Shown here: in pieces, positions 27,703-35,248 of the stretch | Layout of the letters: each line of letters opens with the position of its first letter | Position numbering within the stretch: the stretch's first letter is position 1 | Origin: an archaeon | GTDB taxonomy: Archaea; Undinarchaeota; Undinarchaeia; Undinarchaeales; JBDRKL01 | Direction of reading: 5' to 3' | Length of the DNA: 64,000 nucleotides | Assembly: GCA_043814055.1 (NCBI GenBank) | Contig: JBDRKL010000004.1 | Span: forward strand, 80,518-144,517 | Program-made: the position numbers and the translations under genes | The notes under the pieces: model-generated | Told to the model about the DNA's origin: nothing | The model's database searches: none | The model's input: the letters and a program-made list of their open reading frames with translations, nothing else

Positions 27703-29802
27703 ATGGTAAGCACGAAGAAAGCAATTATTGTTATTGTTATTCTAGTTATCATACTTGTTGCACTTTTCCTAGTAGCTCTAGAGGCTGGCTGGTTGGACTC
27801 AATCAGTTTTGGCAGTGGCGGTGGAGGCGGTAGCGGTGGGAGCAGTACCCCGCGGCAAGGTGGTCAAACCACTTCAGCTAACTGGGGGAACATTATTATC
27901 CTTATCATAGTTATGGGCAGTCTTGGCGGGCTTGGCAAGGGTATAACAGGTACACAGCGCTACCAGAATTGGAAAGCTGGCAAGGATGAAGAGGGTGCAA
28001 AAACTCCTGACAAAAAGAAATCTAAAGCGGAAAAGGAGGCGGAAAAAAAGAAAAAGAAGGCGGAAAAGGAAGCTCAACAAAGGCTGAAGAAGGCAGACGA
28101 GGCGCGCAAGAAACAAGTAAAAGCCGAGGCGAAAGAGCGAAAAAAAGCCGAACAAAAACGTCTTCCACTTGAAGACATAAACCAAAAGACGAAAGCACGC
28201 TTCGGTGACCCTGGCAAAGTTCCTCTTTCTAAACGGGACATATGCCCGCACTGCGGAAATCTAATTTACAAAGGCACTAAAAAGTGTCCGCTCTGCAAAA
28301 AAGATCCTAGAAAGAAAGCTCAGAAGAAAACGAGAGACACTGCTTCTGCGTCTCAAGGTGCCTCCTCTTTTTGGACAACCTGCGAAAATTGCGGAAAGCC
28401 TCTTGGCAAGGATATGACAATCTGCGAGGTGTGCCACCACGCAGTTGGTCAGAAAGATTCTCCAAAGCAGCCAAAAGGCAAGGGGGCATCTCCTCCAGTG
28501 CACAGCGTTTCTAAATATTCAGAATCTAATAAAATAAAATGCCATAACTGCTACAAGGAAATCTCAAAATATTCTGAGGTTTGCCCTCATTGTAACGCAC
28601 GCCAAATTCCAGCAGAGCTTTCTGATCTTCATATCCCGCTGGAAAAAAAGAAGTTCTGGCCTTTTGGAAAAACAGTTGAGTTCGGCCACGCGCTGTTTGA
28701 CGAGGACGGCAAGCCGATTCCAAACACGCCGCACGGCTCAACAATCATCTGTCCAAAATGTCATAAATCACTTATGATGTTCAAGGTCAAGCCGAATCAC
28801 AGTGTGAAGGCCGCAGTCTGCCCAAACTGCAAGTTCAACGCGCTCAAGGACGACAAGCAACTGAAGGGGCTTTTTGAAAAGATAAAGCCGTGCCCATACT
28901 GCAAGAGCCACTCGCTCAAGCACACAGTTCTTATTTTAATCAAGCATCAAATCCCTGCCTCAGCTGGGACAAAGGAAGTGGACATTGGCATGTATGGAAT
29001 TCACAGGGGCAGGTGCTTCACCGCTTACTCCAAGCAAATTGGTAGCAGACCAGCACTTGAGATAACTAAAAAGCATCTTAAAGACCACTCAGAGACGGAC
29101 TGGTATATACCTGGCAAATCTGCCGAGGCTATTTTGTCCGACGACGACTACGCTGGCTTACCTGACCACGGCGGACTGGCTGATGATGGTTATTCCAGGG
29201 AAACGGAAAATCAGGAAGCTTCACCTGAAAGTCTGACTGAGCAGCTCAGGCAAAAATACAAGGGCAGGATAAAGACTATTGGCTCAAACGAATCCGTGCG
29301 CTGCCCGAAGTGCAAGACGTTGGGCAAAATCCTTTTCATCACATACGGCTACAACTCGCTCGCAGGAACTTACAGCGCAGTAGGCATCTGCGACAATTGT
29401 AAAGAGGAGCAAATCACAGTTGGCACCAAAATCCGCAAGTGCATAATCTGCGGCAACAAGTCGTTGCATTACGCAAAGGTTGCCGCTTCCTTCAAGGGGC
29501 TCACCTTGGTGCACAACGCGTGCTATGCCAAGCTGAAAAACAAAGACGACGCGCAATTTGAGAAACCCAGGAAGAAGCGGGAACAGAAGGAGGCCAAGAA
29601 AGTGCCCAAGACAGAATCAACCGAGAAGTCAGGCTTTTTCGCGCGGCTTTTTGGCCGTGGTGACAAAGAGGCGGATGAAGATGTGGGTGGAGCGGATGAT
29701 ATGGCAGGCATGGTCAAGTGTTCTAAATGTGAAGCAATCATGCCCAAGGACGCTGATATCTGCTTTGAGTGCGGCGCTGATTTTACTGAGGATGATGAAT
29801 AG
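27703..29802 (+). CDS. Membrane-anchored multi-zinc-ribbon protein
   Basis: Two N-terminal TM segments, K/E-rich coiled coil, 14 CxxC motifs including double-zinc-ribbon pairs. Confidence 0.8.
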   Translation: MVSTKKAIIVIVILVIILVALFLVALEAGWLDSISFGSGGGGGSGGSSTPRQGGQTTSANWGNIIILIIVMGSLGGLGKGITGTQRYQNWKAGKDEEGAKTPDKKKSKAEKEAEKKKKKAEKEAQQRLKKADEARKKQVKAEAKERKKAEQKRLPLEDINQKTKARFGDPGKVPLSKRDICPHCGNLIYKGTKKCPLCKKDPRKKAQKKTRDTASASQGASSFWTTCENCGKPLGKDMTICEVCHHAVGQKDSPKQPKGKGASPPVHSVSKYSESNKIKCHNCYKEISKYSEVCPHCNARQIPAELSDLHIPLEKKKFWPFGKTVEFGHALFDEDGKPIPNTPHGSTIICPKCHKSLMMFKVKPNHSVKAAVCPNCKFNALKDDKQLKGLFEKIKPCPYCKSHSLKHTVLILIKHQIPASAGTKEVDIGMYGIHRGRCFTAYSKQIGSRPALEITKKHLKDHSETDWYIPGKSAEAILSDDDYAGLPDHGGLADDGYSRETENQEASPESLTEQLRQKYKGRIKTIGSNESVRCPKCKTLGKILFITYGYNSLAGTYSAVGICDNCKEEQITVGTKIRKCIICGNKSLHYAKVAASFKGLTLVHNACYAKLKNKDDAQFEKPRKKREQKEAKKVPKTESTEKSGFFARLFGRGDKEADEDVGGADDMAGMVKCSKCEAIMPKDADICFECGADFTEDDE

Positions 29803-29833
29803 CCTCGCCCAAATTACATAACCTCTTATTCCA

Positions 29834-30253
29834 ATGAAATTCACAAAACAATCCGACAATGAATACTTCGGCAGGTTTGAGGAGAACGAAGACCTCAAGC
29901 AAGCGCTCCTTGAGCTCTGCAAAACTGAAAACATTCAAAGCGGCTGGTTCACAATCATCGGCGCGGTGAAGAACTCTGAAATCGCATTCTATGACCAGGA
30001 CCAGGGCAAATACCTGAATATGGCTCTTGACGAGCACGCTGAAATCATCAACTGCACAGGCAACGTCTCTTTGAACGAGGGCGAGCCGTTCGTGCACATG
30101 CACGCAACGCTCGCGGACAGGGAAGGCAGGGCATACGGCGGGCACGTGACGCGCGCAAAGGTCTTCGCCGCTGAGTTTTACATTAAAAAATTTGACAAGC
30201 CGGTTGAGCGCAGAAAGGACGAGTCAATTGGACTGGGGCTGCTGGAGCCATGA
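29834..30253 (+). CDS. PPC/DUF296 domain protein
   Basis: IGAVK, EIINCTGNV, HMHATL, YGGH. Confidence 0.9.
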   Translation: MKFTKQSDNEYFGRFEENEDLKQALLELCKTENIQSGWFTIIGAVKNSEIAFYDQDQGKYLNMALDEHAEIINCTGNVSLNEGEPFVHMHATLADREGRAYGGHVTRAKVFAAEFYIKKFDKPVERRKDESIGLGLLEP

Positions 30254-30795
30254 TTCACTTCGCAACAACAAACCCTGGGAAATTCAGGGAAGCAAAGGCT
30301 TTGTTTGAGAAAAACAATTTAGAACTCAGCCAGTTCAACGAAGAGCTCACTGAAATCCAGACCGATGATGTTGAGCAACTTGCCCTACACTCAGTCCGCG
30401 AGGCATACGAGAAGCTCAAGCAGCCTGTCTTCGTTGAGGACGCGGGCATTTTCATCAAATCGCTCAAGGGCTTCCCTGGTGTTTACAGCAAGCAGGCATA
30501 CCTCACAATCGGCTTGAAAGGAATATTGAAACTTCTTGAAGGCGTTGAAGACCGGAGCGCAGAGTTCTGCGCGGTCATCGCATACAAGGACGGCTCCGGC
30601 GAAAAAGTATTTAAAGGAGTCTGCATAGGTAATATCTCCCGCGAAGTGCGCGGGCGAGGTGGTTTTGGTTTTGACCCTATATTCCTCCCGAAAGGGCGCG
30701 AAAAAACTTTCGCCGAGGATGTTGAAACTAAATCCAACCTGTCTCATCGCGCGAACGCTTTGAGCAAATTAATTGGACATTTAAAAAATGGCTAG
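30250..30795 (+). CDS. rdgB: Non-canonical purine NTP pyrophosphatase RdgB/HAM1
   Basis: ATTNPGKF, VEDAG, GFPGVYS, GFGFDPIF, SHR. Confidence 0.95.
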   Translation: MIHFATTNPGKFREAKALFEKNNLELSQFNEELTEIQTDDVEQLALHSVREAYEKLKQPVFVEDAGIFIKSLKGFPGVYSKQAYLTIGLKGILKLLEGVEDRSAEFCAVIAYKDGSGEKVFKGVCIGNISREVRGRGGFGFDPIFLPKGREKTFAEDVETKSNLSHRANALSKLIGHLKNG

Positions 30796-31243
30796 AATGT
30801 ATTCACGAAGGAAGGGGAAATCCGGCAGCAAGAAGCCGATTAGTTCAGAGACTCCAAAATGGGTCAAGATTCCTCCAAAGGATGTTGAAACCATCATAGT
30901 TGAGCTCGCGAACAACGGCAGGCACGAAGCCGAGATAGGCATAATCCTGAGGGACCAGCACGGAGTTCCAAGCGTCAAGAATGTGACTGAGAAGAGCATC
31001 TCCCAGATACTCAGGGAGAACAAGCTGGAGCAGCGCCTCCCAAGCGACTTGACCCATCTCATAATCAGGGCTGCAAAAATAAAGAACCATATGAAAGCGC
31101 ACAAGCAGGATATGGACGGGAAGCGCGGCCTTCAGTTGACCGAATCAAAAATAAGGAGGCTAGCTAAGTACTACAAGGCTAATGGCGTTATTGAAAAAGA
31201 CTGGCGCTACGAGAACGAGCGGCTTGAATTCCTAGGCGGATAA
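30788..31243 (+). CDS. rps15: 30S ribosomal protein S15 (uS15)
   Basis: MARMYSRRKGKSGS, ILRDQHGVP, ESKIRRLAKYYK. Confidence 0.97.
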   Translation: MARMYSRRKGKSGSKKPISSETPKWVKIPPKDVETIIVELANNGRHEAEIGIILRDQHGVPSVKNVTEKSISQILRENKLEQRLPSDLTHLIIRAAKIKNHMKAHKQDMDGKRGLQLTESKIRRLAKYYKANGVIEKDWRYENERLEFLGG

Positions 31244-31245
31244 AA

Positions 31246-31875
31246 ATGGCAAGGGAAACAGTTGACAAGTGGAAGAGCAAGAAATTCTTTGATGTTGTAG
31301 CCCCGCCGCTATTCAGGAACGCTGTCATAGGGCAGACAATCGCATCAGACATTCGCAAAGTCCCGGGCCGAATAGTAATGGCCAACTACAGCACAATCAT
31401 AGGCGATCCGAACTCAAGGAACAACAAGGTCAAGCTCAAGTTCAAAATCACAGGTGTCAAGGGCGAGAAGGCAGAGACAGAGTTCCTTGGTCACGCGCTT
31501 GTCCAGGACTATCAGCGCAGTTTGGCGAGGCGCAGGACGAGCAAGGTATACAAGAATCAGGTAGTCACCACAAAGGACGGAAAAAGACTTCGCGTGAAAT
31601 CAATTATTGTTACAACTAGGCAGGTTAAGAAGTCAATGAAGAGCGAGCTTGGCAAGAAACTTCTTGAGTTCATGGCTGAGGATGCAAAGCAGTACAATTA
31701 CAATGAATTCATCAATGACGCAGTTTCTGGCAGGATTTCAATGCGAATGAAGAAAGGGCTTTCCAAGTTCTACCCGCTCAGGCACGCAGTGGTTGAAAAG
31801 ACCGAAGTTATTAAGGAAGCTGTGAAGGCTGAGCCGAAGGTTGAAGAGAAGCCTGCAGAAGAGAAGAAGGAATAG
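31246..31875 (+). CDS. rps3ae: 30S ribosomal protein S3Ae (eS1)
   Basis: DKWKSKKFF..APP, RRRTSK, TKDG motifs; follows rps15. Confidence 0.95.
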   Translation: MARETVDKWKSKKFFDVVAPPLFRNAVIGQTIASDIRKVPGRIVMANYSTIIGDPNSRNNKVKLKFKITGVKGEKAETEFLGHALVQDYQRSLARRRTSKVYKNQVVTTKDGKRLRVKSIIVTTRQVKKSMKSELGKKLLEFMAEDAKQYNYNEFINDAVSGRISMRMKKGLSKFYPLRHAVVEKTEVIKEAVKAEPKVEEKPAEEKKE

Positions 31876-31888
31876 GAAGCTTTATTAA
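31876..31888 (+). promoter_or_regulatory. BRE/TATA promoter of the C/D sRNA
   Basis: GAAGC-TTTATTAA ending about 22 nt upstream of the predicted sRNA 5' end. Confidence 0.55.
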
Positions 31889-31910
31889 TTCTATAAGACA
31901 CCATATTACT

Positions 31911-31975
31911 TGCAGTGAAGAAGTGAACACCCTCTGATACCGCCCAAAGATGATGAGTATGGTAGCTTCTGAGCA
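31911..31975 (+). ncRNA. Archaeal box C/D methylation guide sRNA
   Basis: TGC-A-[C GTGAAGA 31915-21]-12 nt-[D' CTGA 31934-37]-12 nt-[C' ATGATGA 31950-56]-12 nt-[D CTGA 31969-72]-GCA; terminal TGC/GCA stem. Confidence 0.8.
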
Positions 31976-32036
31976 CTCAATGATTTTTTGGTCCAGCTTT
32001 TGCGCGAGTTTTGCGAGCGGAAAAGGTGGGTGCCAG

Positions 32037-32084
32037 CACCCTCTGATACCGCCCAAAGATGATGAGTATGGTAGCTTCTGAGCA
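32037..32084 (+). repeat. Exact 48-bp duplicate of the sRNA 3' part
   Basis: Identical to 31928-31975. Confidence 0.97.
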
Positions 32085-32169
32085 ATCTTTTTCCTTCCAA
32101 TTTATCAAAAACGTCGGACGCACAGCGTCCGAGGCCAACGCGCTTCGCGCGTCTGGAGCTTGACCAAAA

Positions 32170-32564
32170 ACAGTGCTGCTGCTTGATGTTTTTGAAGCAG
32201 CACGTGGCCGCTCTCCGCGGCCAGGCGGAGATAGCAGTAGCTTCTGAGCAATCGTTTTCACAAACTTCTATTGAGGCTTCGCCGATGGCGAATGCCTCTG
32301 CTCTGCCTCCGCGAGCAGGCGGAGCTTCTGAGCAATCTAAACTTTTATTTTTCACAAATTTGACCGAAGGCACCCGAATGGCTTGGTAATGCCACAGCAT
32401 CACCAATTTTATGTGGCATGCTCTGCCTCCGCGAGCAGGCGGAGCTTCTGAGCAATCTAAACTTTTATTTTTCACAAATTTGACCGAAGGCATCCTACTT
32501 GCTCGGTAGTCCCGCAGCATCAAAAATTTCTTGCGGGACAAAGTGCCGCCTGATTTTTCAGGCG
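32170..32564 (+). repeat. Tandem cluster of four hairpin elements separated by copies of the sRNA 3' end AGCTTCTGAGCAATC
   Basis: Terminal hairpins at 32213-30, 32307-24, 32427-44, 32547-64; 74-bp exact repeat 32299-32372 = 32419-32492 (period 120). Confidence 0.9.
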
Positions 32565-32567
32565 AAC

Positions 32568-32581
32568 GAAAGCTTTATATA
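32568..32581 (+). promoter_or_regulatory. BRE/TATA promoter upstream of hairpin array
   Basis: GAAAGC-TTTATATA; no ORF follows within 370 nt. Confidence 0.6.
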
Positions 32582-32604
32582 CCCTCACGGATTACTAGAT
32601 TTCC

Positions 32605-32915
32605 CCTCCGGGGGTCTGACTGTATTGGGGAGGCATTTCCAATCTCTCAGAACAAGCTTGGGTTGAGGTGGGATCTGTGAAAGCCTTCGGGCTTACATGG
32701 AATTTATCTTGACCCACTCTAAGATTGGACTGGGTGGGGGAACGCGAAACCTTCGGGCGACGCGCAATTCAACCCGGTCCACTCTAAACTTGGATTGGGG
32801 TTGGACATGTAAAATTTTCGGATTTTATGCGAAAGATCTCAATCCACTCTAACCTGGACCAGGTGGGAGAGCGCGAAAGTTTCGGCAGACGCGTAATTTA
32901 ACTTGGTCCACTCTT
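32605..32915 (+). ncRNA. Putative novel structured RNA with four tandem covarying UUCG hairpins
   Basis: Units 32659-716, 32726-781, 32791-846, 32855-910; each TGG...TTCG...CCA followed by CTCT(AA); G-U pairs favour plus strand; ends approximate. Confidence 0.75.
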
Positions 32916-32955
32916 CTTCTCAAAGTTTTTAAAGAGGCAGTCACTACACTATCTG

Positions 32956-34317
32956 ATGGACTCCATCCTTAAAGAGGTTCTCAAGCGGGCTACGCCGACC
33001 GAGGCAGAGCACAAGAAATTGGAAAGCTTTGCCCAGCAGGTTGTCAGGAAACTCAAGGCAGCCGGCTACAGGGCAGACGTAGAGGGCTCTATCGCAAAGG
33101 ACACCTGGGTTTCAGGCACGCACGATGTTGATATTTTCATGTTTTTTGAGCCAGGAGTTCCAAGAAGCAAACTGGAAAAGGATGGCATAGCAGCTGGCAA
33201 GAAAATCATAAAAGGGCTCGGCGGCAGCCCAGTGATTGCGTATGCCGAGCACCCTTATGTGAAAGGTGCTATTGGGAATTTCAACCTTGATATAGTCCCC
33301 TGCTATTCAATCAAAAAGACCGAGGAGCTTCAGTCCGCGGTTGACAGGACACCGTTCCACACCGCTTACATAAAGAAAAACCTCACCAAAAAGCAGATGG
33401 GTGAGACGCGCCTGCTCAAGCAATTTATGAAAGGCGTCGGCGTGTACAGCGCCAAGGAAAAAGTGCGCGGCTTTTCAGGTTATCTCTGCGAGCTTTTAAT
33501 CCTTGAGTACAAGGACTTCATGGGCGTTGTGAGAGCTGCCAAGAACTGGAAGTACGGCACGGTCATAGACCTAGAAAAGTTCTACAAGGGCAGGGAGGCA
33601 TTTAACCTGTTCAAGCACTCCCTCGTCGTGATAGACCCAATAGACAAGGACAGGAATGTTGCAGCCGCGGTTGAGAATGACAACTTTGAGCGTTTTTCAT
33701 TTGCGTGCAGCGAGTTCCTCGCGAAGCCGTCTAAAAAATTCTTTTACCCTGAAAATGTTCAAGTTCTTAGCAAAGGCGAGTTGAAAAAGAAACTTGAAAA
33801 GCACGGCGAACTATTCGTGGTCAAGTTTAAGACGCCAAAACTCATAGAGGACATTCTTTATTCTCAATTGAGGCGCAGTTTGGCTTCCTTAGTTAGGGCT
33901 GTGAAGGAAGAAGATTTTGAGGTTATTGACTCGGCGTTCCACTCCGATGAGTATTCATATTTCTTACTTGAGCTAAAAACTGCAAAGCTACCGGGGATTA
34001 AAAAGCTTGACGGCCCTCCAATCCAGATAAGTCAGGAACACCAAAAAAAATTCACGGACAAGTACAAGAAGCAAAAGCCATGGGTGGAGAAAGGCCGCTG
34101 GTATGTTGAAGTTCCTAGGGAATATGTCCAAGCTGTAAAGTTGCTCAAGCAGTTGCTCTCAAATCCGCGGCAGATTGGGATTGGAAAATATATATCAGAC
34201 AGTCTTAAGAAAGATTATAAAATCCTTTCAGGCTCAGAATTGTCTAAGGAATACAAGGAAGAATTTGCAACGTTTTTAACGCAGTACTTGGTCAAGAAGA
34301 ACTCCTGGAATTGGTAA
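32956..34317 (+). CDS. cca: Archaeal class I CCA-adding enzyme
   Basis: VEGSIAKDTW..HDVDIF, YAEHPY, DIVPCY, AVDRTPFH, GFSGYLCELL, DPIDKDRNVAAAV. Confidence 0.97.
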   Translation: MDSILKEVLKRATPTEAEHKKLESFAQQVVRKLKAAGYRADVEGSIAKDTWVSGTHDVDIFMFFEPGVPRSKLEKDGIAAGKKIIKGLGGSPVIAYAEHPYVKGAIGNFNLDIVPCYSIKKTEELQSAVDRTPFHTAYIKKNLTKKQMGETRLLKQFMKGVGVYSAKEKVRGFSGYLCELLILEYKDFMGVVRAAKNWKYGTVIDLEKFYKGREAFNLFKHSLVVIDPIDKDRNVAAAVENDNFERFSFACSEFLAKPSKKFFYPENVQVLSKGELKKKLEKHGELFVVKFKTPKLIEDILYSQLRRSLASLVRAVKEEDFEVIDSAFHSDEYSYFLLELKTAKLPGIKKLDGPPIQISQEHQKKFTDKYKKQKPWVEKGRWYVEVPREYVQAVKLLKQLLSNPRQIGIGKYISDSLKKDYKILSGSELSKEYKEEFATFLTQYLVKKNSWNW

Positions 34318-34318
34318 C

Positions 34319-34465
34319 TTAAATTTCTTCCTCTTCCACTGGAGTATCGTCTTGATCGTCGTTATATTCTTCGCTAGACTCACTGTCATCTTCCCAAAGA
34401 TCTTCGTCGCCCTCTAGCTCATCTTCTTTTTCTTCGTCTTCAAGATAATCATCGTCCACCACCAT
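34319..34465 (-). CDS. 48-aa hyper-acidic micropeptide
   Basis: MVVDDDYLEDEEKEDELEGDEDLWEDDSESSEEYNDDQDDTPVEEEEI*, 28/48 D/E, GAGGTGGTG RBS; not in ORF track. Confidence 0.7.
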   Translation of the reverse strand: MVVDDDYLEDEEKEDELEGDEDLWEDDSESSEEYNDDQDDTPVEEEEI

Positions 34466-34549
34466 TAACACCACCTCAAAGTTTTTTGAACTGGGCTTCG
34501 TAATTACATAAATAGTTTATAAACCTTTCTAATTCCCAAAAAATAGAAA

Positions 34550-34567
34550 GGCGGCCCGGAGGCCGCC
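34550..34567 (-). terminator. GC hairpin plus U-tract downstream of basic peptide gene
   Basis: Minus strand GGCGGCC-TCCG-GGCCGCC followed by TTTCTATTTTT. Confidence 0.55.
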
Positions 34568-34587
34568 AACATTATCACAAACTTCGT

Positions 34588-34689
34588 TTATCTCTTCTTT
34601 TTTGTTGTCTTTTTCTTGGCGGCCTTTCTCTTCACGGTTCTCTTCTTTACCGCCTTTTTCTTTACAGCTTTTTTCTTTTTTGCAGGCAT
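34588..34689 (-). CDS. 33-aa lysine-rich (histone H1/HC2-like) micropeptide
   Basis: MPAKKKKAVKKKAVKKRTVKRKAAKKKTTKKKR*, 20/33 K/R, GGAGGTG RBS; not in ORF track. Confidence 0.75.
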   Translation of the reverse strand: MPAKKKKAVKKKAVKKRTVKRKAAKKKTTKKKR

Positions 34690-34765
34690 GTTACACCTCC
34701 AGGTGTTCAACTTGAGTATCAAGTTGTTAATAGAAAATAACTACGCTTTACTTATAAACTTTTTC

Positions 34766-35194
34766 TTATTCCAATTTTTTCTCTTCTTGCAATTCAATCA
34801 GCTCTTCAAACCTTTTTCCGTCGGTGTAAGCGAATTTTTTTGACACTTTGAAATTTTTTCCTTTTGTGTATTGTATCTTTCCAATGTCCAAAAATACCCA
34901 ATCGCGCCCTTCAAACCTTACCGCGACGTATGGAATTGCGCCGAATGTCTGCGCGAACGTGACGAGCTTTACAATTTCATCATAAGTTAAATGAACATAA
35001 TCTTGAGTGCTTGACTTGGACTCAATTGCGAAATACTTCTCGCCGTTCCCTGCGACAACGTCGGGGCAGGGGCGCCTTGAGACCCCTGAGCCTGGGCCGC
35101 GTAGCGCAGCATAGCCATTGTTCCAGAACATTTCAATCAGCTCTCGCTCGGCGTTAGTTCCTTTTTGGTAGCGGTACTTGAGTTTTGTTGCCAT
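34766..35194 (-). CDS. hjc: Holliday junction resolvase Hjc
   Basis: YQKGTNAEREL, PDVVAG, AIESKS; start 35194 inferred. Confidence 0.93.
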   Translation of the reverse strand: MATKLKYRYQKGTNAERELIEMFWNNGYAALRGPGSGVSRRPCPDVVAGNGEKYFAIESKSSTQDYVHLTYDEIVKLVTFAQTFGAIPYVAVRFEGRDWVFLDIGKIQYTKGKNFKVSKKFAYTDGKRFEELIELQEEKKLE

Positions 35195-35248
35195 CACTTC
35201 AGGTAGGTTTCCGCAATTCTTATATCTCACTATGTACTAAAATAATAC

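Noticed and set aside
31934-31947. CTGATACCGCCCAA resembles a bacterial 23S rRNA peptidyl-transferase segment from memory
   Set aside because: Sense orientation, 14 nt only, overlaps box D' and the internal spacer; treated as chance
31906-32541. 211-aa minus-strand ORF with internal repeats (DCSEA, PPARGGRA)
   Set aside because: It is a translation of the tandem non-coding repeats and the antisense of the C/D sRNA; no RBS or protein motif
31928-32564. CRISPR array or TIGR array interpretation of the repeat cluster
   Set aside because: Repeat and spacer lengths are irregular (periods about 83-166 bp), the spacers are themselves related hairpins, and no cas or Nop-domain gene is nearby; the C/D boxes belong to one canonical sRNA and its duplicate
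32605-32915. SRP RNA, RNase P RNA or H/ACA guide
   Set aside because: Length fits SRP RNA, but the helix 8 motif and Alu domain are absent; no RNase P GAGGAAAGUCC-type core; no ACA/ANA box or K-turn after the hairpins
34616-34843. Plus-strand F/A-rich ORFs here and at 54578-54769
   Set aside because: Antisense readings of the lysine-rich micropeptide genes, which have the RBS
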